A stretch of 13,574 nucleotides of DNA from a bacterium (GCA_036339875.1 JAYZAC010000192.1:1-13574), one strand, 5' to 3'; shown: positions 1 through 8,138, counted from the stretch's first letter. Notes: a model not told the origin generated them from the sequence alone. Numbers and translations are program-made.

Positions 1-122
1 CTTGATTCCTAAAGACCAAATACCATTACATATAAATAGATATAGTTGACTACTGTAAGAATAATTGTACAAAAATATTACGAGTATCTCCGAATTTGTC
101 GAACACAAAAATAGGCAAATCA

Positions 123-128
123 AAGGAG
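123..128 (+). promoter_or_regulatory. Shine-Dalgarno site of the secretin gene
   Basis: AAGGAG 7 nt upstream of ATG at 136. Confidence 0.8.
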
Positions 129-135
129 AGTCGAC

Positions 136-1599
136 ATGGCAAGGAATAAGCTACTATTAAGAATTGGTAGTGCAATTATAATTGCGCTAAGCTTAAACTT
201 AGTACCGCTTCAGGCCGAAGAATCAGCCGAGGATGACATAGCACCATTCACAATGGTGCTGAATCGAGCGCCACTTGATTTAGTAATAAAGTCGATTGTG
301 GGGCACGCAAAATTAAATGTAGTTGTCGATAGTAAAGTCAGCGGTTCAACCTCTATTACTTTACGAAAAGTTCCATGGAAGCAGGCGTTGGATCTAGTAC
401 TTAAAACCAATGATCTAGACATGCGGAGATTCGGTAATACTCTAGTCATTGCACCAAAAAAGACGATCGCTATGAACTTTGATAAAGGTCTTACACAGAC
501 ATTTTATCTGAGATATGCTAAAGCTGAAGAAGTTCAGCAAATGCTTACATCGTTATTAGGTGAGGCTACTGCAGGAAAATTCAAAGTACATGTGGAAAAA
601 AGGCTAAACGCGGTAGTTATATCAAGTACTGAGGATATGTTTAAACGGGTAGAAGATTTACTGAAACGATTGGACAGACCCGTACCACAAGTAATGATTG
701 ATATTAAAATCGTAGAAGTAAATACTGATTTTGAAAGACTATTAGGCTTTGAATGGAACTGGGGAAGCGGGGCTGCTGCGGCACCATCAGAAGCCAAAGG
801 CACAGGAAATGTACTCGGATATACTGAGTTTTTAAGAAGTCTAGATAATAGCGAACAGTATGTAGTACCTGAAGCCGGCAAGGGGGCAGATCTTTTTGCA
901 TTCGGCGATTTCTACAGACAGAACCTATTTTTTAATGCTGTATTTAATGCTTTAATCAAAACGTCCGATTCGAGAGTTTTATCTTCCCCGCGACTAATTG
1001 CAATGAATGGTCAGGAAGCGGAGTTGAATATTGATCAGCAGATTACATTTTCAGGGGGTACAGATCAGCAGCCTTCAGAAAAATCAGCTGGAACGAAGAT
1101 AAAAATTACTCCACAAATAAATAACGACGGTTTCATAGTACTGTCTCCGTTATCAATCGAAAAATCTTCTCCAATTTTGAGAGATGATGGATTTCCAACT
1201 ATAGATAGCACCGAAGTTAAAACCACTCTTCAGGTACAAGATGGCGAAGAAATACTAATTGGTGGAATGGTCGAGGAATCAGAAAGTAAAGTTACTCAGA
1301 AGATACCCTTTTTATCTAACCTACCATTTATAAAACATTTGTTTACCAATGAATCAAACGTACCCAAAAGTAAAGAGATAGTCATTTTAGTAACACCAAA
1401 GGTAGTAAAAGAGTCAATAGCGACGTCAGATTTTGGTGAACTAGTAGCGGATCAAGGTGGAATTCCAAATACAAATACATTTGATCCCAATTTTGAAAAT
1501 CAGAAAAATGAGTCACAATCTAACGCCGACGATGATAATGATCCTTTTGGCGGAAACGATTTTGGCGATGGATTTGACGACGAGTTCGGCGGACTATAA
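136..1599 (+). CDS. pilQ: Outer-membrane secretin, type IV pilus/competence PilQ/HofQ-like (T2SS GspD superfamily)
   Basis: Signal peptide (..VPLQA|EE). STN/N0-like region (LNVVVDSKVSGSTSITLRKVPWKQALDLVL). One N3-type domain (FYLRYAKAEEV..EKRLNAVVI..LDRPVPQVMIDIKIVEV). Secretin core motifs (LSSPRLIAMNGQEA, GTKIKITPQI, VQDGEEILIGG, KIPFLSNLPFIKHLF, EIVILVTPKVV). The secretin call is firm; the pilQ symbol is less certain. Confidence 0.88.
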   Translation: MARNKLLLRIGSAIIIALSLNLVPLQAEESAEDDIAPFTMVLNRAPLDLVIKSIVGHAKLNVVVDSKVSGSTSITLRKVPWKQALDLVLKTNDLDMRRFGNTLVIAPKKTIAMNFDKGLTQTFYLRYAKAEEVQQMLTSLLGEATAGKFKVHVEKRLNAVVISSTEDMFKRVEDLLKRLDRPVPQVMIDIKIVEVNTDFERLLGFEWNWGSGAAAAPSEAKGTGNVLGYTEFLRSLDNSEQYVVPEAGKGADLFAFGDFYRQNLFFNAVFNALIKTSDSRVLSSPRLIAMNGQEAELNIDQQITFSGGTDQQPSEKSAGTKIKITPQINNDGFIVLSPLSIEKSSPILRDDGFPTIDSTEVKTTLQVQDGEEILIGGMVEESESKVTQKIPFLSNLPFIKHLFTNESNVPKSKEIVILVTPKVVKESIATSDFGELVADQGGIPNTNTFDPNFENQKNESQSNADDDNDPFGGNDFGDGFDDEFGGL

Positions 1600-1617
1600 T
1601 CCGACGATTTGCCTCGT

Positions 1618-1656
1618 GGCCCACTGCATACGGGATGCAGTGGGCCTCTCTACTTT
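1618..1656 (+). terminator. Probable intrinsic terminator or stabilising hairpin after the secretin gene
   Basis: Perfect 12-bp stem GGCCCACTGCAT (1618-1629) / ATGCAGTGGGCC (1635-1646) with a 5-nt loop, 18 nt after the stop. The tail TCTCTACTTT is only moderately T-rich. Confidence 0.7.
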
Positions 1657-1729
1657 AAACTAAAAAATATTTGGGGCACATAAGTAATTCTATTAAAGTT
1701 TTATTGTTGATAATGAATCGATCTACACT

Positions 1730-1757
1730 TTTGAATCGATCAAATTTTACCTATAAT
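1730..1757 (+). promoter_or_regulatory. Putative sigma70 promoter for the pilin-like gene and downstream operon
   Basis: Perfect TATAAT at 1752-1757 and TTGAAT at 1731-1736 (15-nt spacer, suboptimal). The -10 overlaps the track's ATG at 1756, which argues for a later start codon. Confidence 0.4.
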
Positions 1758-1776
1758 GTTAGATGATATGTATTAC

Positions 1777-3591
1777 ATGAATGGTAGATCTAACATAAGT
1801 CACAATAATCGTGGCAGCACCCTATTTGTGGTTTTCGGTATTATAACTGTTTTATACATATTCGGTGTTTCATTTCTTTATATGACCACACAACAGGTCA
1901 GCTATATTAAAAAAATGGAAGCAAGAATTAATGCTAGATATCTTGCTGAGAGTGTGGTCGAGAAGGCTGCACGATTAATCAATAGTGAATTTCAAAGAGA
2001 GTTAGTATTCATTACCCAGAATGATGACGGTGAAGATCTATTCGAAGTAAATAAAAAATTGATGGACCTTATCGATATAAAGCGTATTGAAGATTTTGTC
2101 AAAACCCATTCTTTTAGTAAAGATGAACTTATAAAAGGCGGAAAAGCAAGTGTGATAGTAGAAGTTCTAGAGGTGAAGTCAAATGAATTCTATACATACA
2201 TTGATTATCAAGAGAAAATCCCAGAAAATTTAAAAGTATTTCAGAAACCTCGAAATTCTAGAACATTAACTGAACTTGAACCTTTAGGTGGATTTAAGGC
2301 AAGAATTAAATTTACAGCCTGCGGAAAATTCGACACAACAGTTCACTGTAACGAAGAAGTGAGAACCTTATCTGTAGCCGATATAACTCCACCTGCACCA
2401 GATCATACGCTTTTCATTCATGGAAAAAATAAAGAAATATTGAAACAAGGTAAATTTCAATTATCAAATCTAACTCTTCCTCCAATAATTATGAGGTTAC
2501 TACATAAATTATCCGAACAAGCGAGTGAAGTACTTGGCTTTGAAATAGGCGAAAGTAACGAAAAAACGATTGATCTAATCGAAAAATTAAATAAAGATTT
2601 CAATGATCACTTTAGGTCACTGAGTCTTAAAATGAGAATCAATCTTATTCAGGAATTGAGTAACTCAATCGCTGACGATGAAATATCAGAGACTGTTGAT
2701 AATATTATTTTGTCTTTATCTCCAAGAAATTGGGGAAGAGTCAGAACTAATGGAAGGTTAGAGGCTTATATGCCCTTTTTTGCAGCCGATGATATTGTCA
2801 ACTATTTAGCAGAGAAGGGTAGCTGGAGAGAATTACCGGAGGTGGGTTACTTGTTTCATGATAATCGCCTTCATGATCCCTATATGTCCGTTTATACTCA
2901 TTACGAAGGACTTATTTACAAGAGATATCGTAAGATCTATCCCTCTCAATTTGGTATCGTTGAACCAGAGGAGGTACCACCAGAACAATATACTATTAAT
3001 ACTCGTTTGGAATATCCACGTCGAAAAAAAGACGCCTACGAGATCAAAGGTCTTGAACGGATTCAAGAAAATGGTCTCGATGTAGCGACTGCTATTTTCG
3101 ATAAACCTGTCAAGCTTATAGGAACAAAAGAAGTACCAATCTCTTTAGAAGGTATCTGGTGGTTTCGATCGGGAGTTGAAATTGGAGGGTATTACTCGGG
3201 TAGAGGACTATTAATTAGTGAGCTCCCCATTGTTGTAAAAAGTGACTTACTAAAGATTAATGAACGGGATTCCCTAGCGCTAGTAAGCTTAATGAATGAG
3301 GTTGTTTTACAGTCTGATGAAATAATAATGCAGTCAGCCATTTATGCTCATAAAGGTTTGAAAAGCCAGGGCTGTGATAGTGTAAAAATTTTCGGAAATT
3401 TAGCCGTGGAAACACTTAATAGAGAAAAAATGCCAGAGGAGTTCTTTTGTCGCTTTGATTATCACTTGAAAAATCATATGGTGGATAATATTTATGGTCA
3501 TTTCTCCCATGATTACACATATTATCGCCAATTAGACGGTAATCGTAACGCCGAGGTTTTTTCTCAGGTAACTGCACTGGAATCTTTGTAA
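1777..3591 (+). CDS. Large PilX/GspK-type minor pilin-like protein (ComZ/DUF4900-like) with a predicted C-terminal beta-solenoid
   Basis: Class III signal NNRG|STLFVVFGIITVLYIFGVSFL without Glu5, followed by ARYLAESVVEKA (PilX N-terminal 'A.YLAE.G' pattern). GRVRTNG motif and short repeated beta-strands near the C-terminus (SGRGLLIS, LALVS, SAIYA, VKIFGNLAV). Alternative starts at 1756 and 1768. Confidence 0.65.
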   Translation: MNGRSNISHNNRGSTLFVVFGIITVLYIFGVSFLYMTTQQVSYIKKMEARINARYLAESVVEKAARLINSEFQRELVFITQNDDGEDLFEVNKKLMDLIDIKRIEDFVKTHSFSKDELIKGGKASVIVEVLEVKSNEFYTYIDYQEKIPENLKVFQKPRNSRTLTELEPLGGFKARIKFTACGKFDTTVHCNEEVRTLSVADITPPAPDHTLFIHGKNKEILKQGKFQLSNLTLPPIIMRLLHKLSEQASEVLGFEIGESNEKTIDLIEKLNKDFNDHFRSLSLKMRINLIQELSNSIADDEISETVDNIILSLSPRNWGRVRTNGRLEAYMPFFAADDIVNYLAEKGSWRELPEVGYLFHDNRLHDPYMSVYTHYEGLIYKRYRKIYPSQFGIVEPEEVPPEQYTINTRLEYPRRKKDAYEIKGLERIQENGLDVATAIFDKPVKLIGTKEVPISLEGIWWFRSGVEIGGYYSGRGLLISELPIVVKSDLLKINERDSLALVSLMNEVVLQSDEIIMQSAIYAHKGLKSQGCDSVKIFGNLAVETLNREKMPEEFFCRFDYHLKNHMVDNIYGHFSHDYTYYRQLDGNRNAEVFSQVTALESL

Positions 3592-3623
3592 TAGATCCAT
3601 CTATTTGAATAGGCAAATTTCGA

Positions 3624-4379
3624 ATGACTCAAGAATTAGACCCAAAAGAAATGTCACTGGTTGATCATTTAGATGAGTTACGTACCGTGATAATTCGAAT
3701 GTTAGCAACTCTAGCTATAGCGACTTTAATCGGCTTTATATTTTCTGAGTATCTTCTTGATCTCTTGCTCAGGCAGGCGCCTGATGTAAAGTTCATAGTG
3801 ATATCACCAACTGAGGGTTTTTTTACGCAGATTAAAGTTGCAATTCTGGGTGGGATATTTGTTTCTTTTCCAATTCTGGTGACTCAACTCTGGAGTTTTA
3901 TTGTTCCAGGATTAACGCAGGAAGAAGCGAGATTCATATACCGTAGTACGCCATTCGTGGTTATACTTTTCATTATAGGTTTTACCTTAGCGTACTTTTT
4001 TGTAATTCCTCTCGGATTAAAATTTTTACTAAACTTCCAGATTGCTGAAGTGACTGCAAACTTAAGTATAGAAAAATACGTTTCATTTTGTTTTACGTTG
4101 ATGATGGTGTTTGGTATTTTGATGGAATTACCTGTTGTCTTGCTTGTACTGCATGCTGTAGGGCTTGTAAACAGATTAAGTTTAATTAAGTATCGTGCTC
4201 ATTTCGTGGTAAGTTTTTTTATTCTTTCAGCATTGCTTACGCCGCCAGACATTGTCACTCAGGTTCTAGTGGCAGCTCCTATGGTATTGTTGTACGAGCT
4301 TTCTTTGATTACCATGAAATTTAGAGAAATGGGGGAGAAGTCTCAGTCTAATGATACAGAAAATTCTTCATCTAGTTAA
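3624..4379 (+). CDS. tatC: Twin-arginine translocase subunit TatC
   Basis: MSLVDHLDELR, SPTEGF, QLWSFIVPGL..EE, FGILMELP and LTPPD motifs; about six hydrophobic segments. Confidence 0.97.
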   Translation: MTQELDPKEMSLVDHLDELRTVIIRMLATLAIATLIGFIFSEYLLDLLLRQAPDVKFIVISPTEGFFTQIKVAILGGIFVSFPILVTQLWSFIVPGLTQEEARFIYRSTPFVVILFIIGFTLAYFFVIPLGLKFLLNFQIAEVTANLSIEKYVSFCFTLMMVFGILMELPVVLLVLHAVGLVNRLSLIKYRAHFVVSFFILSALLTPPDIVTQVLVAAPMVLLYELSLITMKFREMGEKSQSNDTENSSSS

Positions 4380-5193
4380 ACTTCAGCACTCTTTATTTGC
4401 AATGCCATTTACAATAGCGGCAATGCTAATGGCAGCGAAAGGACTACCCGAGCCGATAAAGATTTTCTGGATAATTATTGCATTTACAGGTGCGAGATCT
4501 TTCGGTATGGCTGCTAATCGTCTAATTGATAGAGACATCGATTCGAAAAATCCACGTACAGCACATAGACTTATGGCTAGCGGACAAATCAAACCAGTTC
4601 AGTTAATGCCATATATGCTCTTCTTTGCGGGTATGCTGGTATTGAGTGCCTATCAACTTGGAGATTGGCCAGTAAGATTGTTGCCTTTGTGTTTCTTTTT
4701 TATGATCTTATATCCTTACACTAAACGATTTACAGTTTTGGCCCATACAATTCTAGGTTTAGTTCTTGGTTTGGCACCAATTGGAGCATGGTTGGCTATT
4801 ATGGACTCATGGCATATGGCACCCATCTATCTAGCATTATCTATATTAGTTTGGGTTAATGGCTTTGATATAATATATGCCATTCAGGATATGGAATTTG
4901 ATAGAAAACAAAAGTTAAAGTCGATTCCAGCTTGGCTCGGAAAGAGTAAAAGTTTAATTATTGCACTGCTTTTGCACGCTAGCGTACCAATATTTTGGTT
5001 TCTGGTAGGATTAGAACTTAGTTACGGTCCTGTGTATTTAACTGGTATTGGAGTACTCACGTTGTTACTTGCATTTGAGCATATTATGGTCCACAAGGGT
5101 TATAGGGAGAATTTAGGGCTGGTTTTCTTCAAACTCAATAGCATAGTCAGCGTTGGTTATCTAGCCACAATCATTCTTCAAATATACTTATGA
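4351..5193 (+). CDS. ubiA: UbiA-family prenyltransferase, MqnP-like (futalosine menaquinone pathway)
   Basis: VKLQHSLFAMPF, ARSFGMAANRLIDRDIDSKNPRT (NxxxDxxxD), YPYTKRF and GFDIIYAIQDMEFD motifs; overlaps tatC by 29 nt. Confidence 0.9.
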   Translation: MIQKILHLVKLQHSLFAMPFTIAAMLMAAKGLPEPIKIFWIIIAFTGARSFGMAANRLIDRDIDSKNPRTAHRLMASGQIKPVQLMPYMLFFAGMLVLSAYQLGDWPVRLLPLCFFFMILYPYTKRFTVLAHTILGLVLGLAPIGAWLAIMDSWHMAPIYLALSILVWVNGFDIIYAIQDMEFDRKQKLKSIPAWLGKSKSLIIALLLHASVPIFWFLVGLELSYGPVYLTGIGVLTLLLAFEHIMVHKGYRENLGLVFFKLNSIVSVGYLATIILQIYL

Positions 5194-5756
5194 AAAAAAT
5201 CATCGTTGGAATAACAGGGGCATCTGGAGCTCCCTATGCTAAACGCCTCCTAGAAATTCTAGATGGACACGTAGAATTACATGTGGTCTATTCAACCACG
5301 TCCCCTTTAGTTTTTACGGAGGAGCTGGGGGGATCCCTAAAGGAATTTTTGGCCTCACTAAAATCTGTGACTGTACATAATCATAAGAACTTTCTATCTC
5401 CAATAGCAAGTGGTAGTAATAAATTCGATGCCACGGTGATCGTTCCCTGTTCTATGAAAACCTTAGGTCAAGTGGCTACTGGAGTGGGCGAAACATTGCT
5501 AACTAGAGTATGTGATATAGCACTGAAAGAGAGACGGCAGCTGATAATGGTTCCAAGAGAGGCACCATTTAGTACAGTTCATCTAGAGAACATGTTGAGG
5601 ATTTCTCAGGTCGGGGGTATTATATTGCCCGCTGCGCCAGGTTTTTATCATAAGCCTCAGGATGTAGCTGATATTGTAGACTTTATAGTGAATAGAATTT
5701 TATTATTACTAGATCTTCCAATCGAAATAGTAAGACCTTGGAAAGCGGAGAATTAA
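5190..5756 (+). CDS. ubiX: Flavin prenyltransferase UbiX
   Basis: VGITGASG, IASGS, PCSMKTL, LKERRQLIMVPREAP and PGFY motifs; ATGA overlap with the upstream stop. Confidence 0.95.
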   Translation: MKKIIVGITGASGAPYAKRLLEILDGHVELHVVYSTTSPLVFTEELGGSLKEFLASLKSVTVHNHKNFLSPIASGSNKFDATVIVPCSMKTLGQVATGVGETLLTRVCDIALKERRQLIMVPREAPFSTVHLENMLRISQVGGIILPAAPGFYHKPQDVADIVDFIVNRILLLLDLPIEIVRPWKAEN

Positions 5757-5758
5757 TT

Positions 5759-6088
5759 ATGGCTGAGAGTGTTTTGGAACTAAGTGAATCAGATTTTGAT
5801 AATACAGTTAAAGAAGCGGGTGTACCCGTATTAGTCGATTTTTGGGCTGAATGGTGTGGACCATGCAAAATGTTGGTACCTGTTCTTGAGGAGCTAGCTG
5901 TAGATTATGATGGAAAACTCAAGATTGCTAAGGTCAATGTGGATAACAATCCTAATTTGGCTCAGAGATATAAAGTACGATCGATACCGAATTTGATTCT
6001 AATTAAAGATGGCGAGCAGGTAGGCCAGATAGTGGGGGCATTACCCAAAGGTGAACTTAAAGGCCGAATCGATAATTTATTAGGATAA
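5759..6088 (+). CDS. trxA: Thioredoxin
   Basis: VLVDFWAEWCGPCK active site and cis-Pro motif (SIP). GGAG at 5747-5750 supports ATG 5759 rather than the track start at 5738 (109 aa). Confidence 0.97.
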   Translation: MAESVLELSESDFDNTVKEAGVPVLVDFWAEWCGPCKMLVPVLEELAVDYDGKLKIAKVNVDNNPNLAQRYKVRSIPNLILIKDGEQVGQIVGALPKGELKGRIDNLLG

Positions 6089-6142
6089 ATTTCAGATAGA
6101 ATTGGGCAATTCGCCTGTTCATACAATAAAATAACCAAGACT

Positions 6143-7258
6143 ATGTATTATAAAATCGCCTTAATTGGCACAGTGATAGCTTGGTTATTTTGTTTTTCCC
6201 CTCAGGCCAATACTTCAAAGTTACGTACCCGGGCGCTTGAGGGTGTAAGGGATCTGCGTGACTTGTCTTCATTCCGTGCTGTCAAGGAGGCAGCTTGGGA
6301 TGAAATGCGCCAAAATCGCTATTACTCAGCGTTAAAAAAATTGAAATACCATCAACAATTACAACCCACAGACATCGAAGGATATTATCTTGAGGGACAA
6401 TGTCTAGCCAAACTTGAACGCTGGAAAGATGCTTATATAGCCTACCATAAGGCATTTTATCTCAGTGGTGCAAAGAAATATCAGGATCTAATGTTTCAAA
6501 TGAAGGCTAAGGCCGGTAATCCAGTAAAAAAAGAAAAACCATGGTACTTAAAAATTGAGGACCCTAATCAAAAGAATGTAGAAAAACCTGAGCCTCAAAA
6601 AGAGCCTTTAAAGCCAGCGAAGAAGAGGGGAAGTTATTTGCAACTTTCAAGAATGCGGATGCTTCAATCACTTTTGGATCGTTATGAAAGTGTTTATGGG
6701 CCAATGTTGGAATTTAATCTTGATTCATTACTTAAAGATAAAGTTACAACACGTTCTGTAGATATCAGTGAGTTGGGTAAAATTACACTCAAAAACTCAA
6801 AAATTCATTCTGAAAATTTTGGTACCACAGAAGAAATTCAAAATTCTATGAAGTTCTTTATGGATGCAGTTTCACTGGCTTCTAAAAAAAATACGAGTGG
6901 TGCCATAAGATCATTAGAGGCTAATCAAGATAAGTTGATTCGATCGGAAGCAGAATATCTAATAAGTCTCTACAGACAAGAAGGAAGAATAAAAGATGAA
7001 GTGCAGTATCGTGAGAAAATTTCTTTGAAATTCCCTAAATATTCATCAAATTTATTATTTTTAGCAGACTACTATTATCAGAACGGTCGCAATCGAAAGG
7101 CTCTGAAGTATTATCAGAAGATCTTAAAATTAGGGTCTAACAACTCTAGTATAAGGAGTCGCATCAAGCAGATAGAAGCGGGCGGTACGTTCAAGTTGCG
7201 AGAAGTATTAAAGAATCAACGCAGAAACCTTCTTGATAGAGAAAACTCTAAGAATTAG
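6143..7258 (+). CDS. Exported tetratricopeptide-repeat protein
   Basis: N-terminal hydrophobic signal, TPR-like motifs (GYYLEGQCLAKLERWKDAYIAYHKAF; LLFLADYYYQNGRNRKALKYYQKIL) and a Pro/Lys/Glu-rich linker. Confidence 0.75.
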   Translation: MYYKIALIGTVIAWLFCFSPQANTSKLRTRALEGVRDLRDLSSFRAVKEAAWDEMRQNRYYSALKKLKYHQQLQPTDIEGYYLEGQCLAKLERWKDAYIAYHKAFYLSGAKKYQDLMFQMKAKAGNPVKKEKPWYLKIEDPNQKNVEKPEPQKEPLKPAKKRGSYLQLSRMRMLQSLLDRYESVYGPMLEFNLDSLLKDKVTTRSVDISELGKITLKNSKIHSENFGTTEEIQNSMKFFMDAVSLASKKNTSGAIRSLEANQDKLIRSEAEYLISLYRQEGRIKDEVQYREKISLKFPKYSSNLLFLADYYYQNGRNRKALKYYQKILKLGSNNSSIRSRIKQIEAGGTFKLREVLKNQRRNLLDRENSKN

Positions 7259-7262
7259 ACAT

Positions 7263-8138
7263 ATGGACGAAAAATTATATAAATTTGGAATTATATTTTA
7301 CTCTCGCAACGCTTCCTCCAAAGATATTTGTAAAGATATTGTTCATTGGTTACAAGAACGATCAATTACTTTTGCTCTTGAGGAAAATAGCCAACTTGAG
7401 GACTTTTCCTTGCTTGAGTACCTTAAGATAGATCAATTAGCTCGAGAATCTGAATTTTTACTCGTTATTGGAGGCGACGGAAGTATATTGCGTGCCTCTC
7501 GTCACTGTGCAAGATACGATACCATTCTCGTAGGACTACATAGAGGGACAACAGGGTTTCTTACTCAATTGACCCCCGAAAATGCTTTTGAGGGAATGCA
7601 AAGGTTAGTTGATGGTCCTAAATATTATACTATCCAAAAACGAATGATGCTTCAAACTAGTGTAGTTCGTGAAGGGAAAAAAATAACTAGCTTCTTTGGA
7701 CTTAATGATACAGTCCTGAAAGTCGGGTCTTTGTCTCGTATAGTGAATTATAGATTATTTTGTAATGATAAATTTATAGAGGAGTATCCTGGAGATGGTT
7801 TACTAATTTCTACACCTACAGGTTCAACCGGTTATTCTTTAAGTAATGGTGGACCTATTGTAAGACCAGACCATGACCTATTATTGATGTCACCTATTTG
7901 TACACACAAATTCAATGCCCGACCGATGGTATTTTCTGCGCATGACCATTTAACCATTCGCTTATTTCAAGAAAACTCATTTGTAAAGTCTAAGGTGATT
8001 CTTACAGTAGATGGTCAGATAGGATTTCAGCTTAAGGAGGAAGATGAAGTCGTAGTGAAGGCTGCGCCTAATCCAATCAAATTTGCTGAAATTTTCCCTT
8101 CAAACTTTTATGATCTAATAAGAACTAAAATTGACTAA
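7263..8138 (+). CDS. nadK: NAD(+) kinase
   Basis: IGGDGSIL, LND, GDGLLISTPTGSTGYSLSNGGP and VDGQ motifs. ATG at 7263, 4 nt after the upstream stop, is preferred over TTG at 7233. Confidence 0.96.
   Translation: MDEKLYKFGIIFYSRNASSKDICKDIVHWLQERSITFALEENSQLEDFSLLEYLKIDQLARESEFLLVIGGDGSILRASRHCARYDTILVGLHRGTTGFLTQLTPENAFEGMQRLVDGPKYYTIQKRMMLQTSVVREGKKITSFFGLNDTVLKVGSLSRIVNYRLFCNDKFIEEYPGDGLLISTPTGSTGYSLSNGGPIVRPDHDLLLMSPICTHKFNARPMVFSAHDHLTIRLFQENSFVKSKVILTVDGQIGFQLKEEDEVVVKAAPNPIKFAEIFPSNFYDLIRTKID

Noticed and set aside
46..73. TTGACT...TACAAA as the secretin promoter
   Set aside because: The -10 match is weak with a 16-nt spacer in very AT-rich DNA, so it cannot be distinguished from chance.
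210..901. Three minus-strand ORFs (79, 115 and 65 aa)
   Set aside because: Antisense shadows of the secretin gene with no recognisable motifs.
1457..1663. 68-aa + strand ORF
   Set aside because: Out-of-frame overlap with the secretin tail, running through the terminator hairpin.
2833..3616. Short ORFs 2833-3066, 2858-3085 and 3416-3616
   Set aside because: Nested in or antisense to the pilin-like gene, with no motifs.
4383..5868. Minus-strand ORFs 4383-4592 and 5683-5868
   Set aside because: Antisense to well-supported ubiA, ubiX and trxA genes.
6099..6120. GAATTG-GG-CAATTC dyad or weak hairpin after trxA as a terminator
   Set aside because: Short, weak stem with no U-tract.
6143..6210. 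Lipoprotein signal (Cys17) in the TPR protein, as in PilF/PilW pilotins
   Set aside because: WLFC is a poor lipobox; signal peptidase I cleavage near PQA or a membrane anchor is more plausible.
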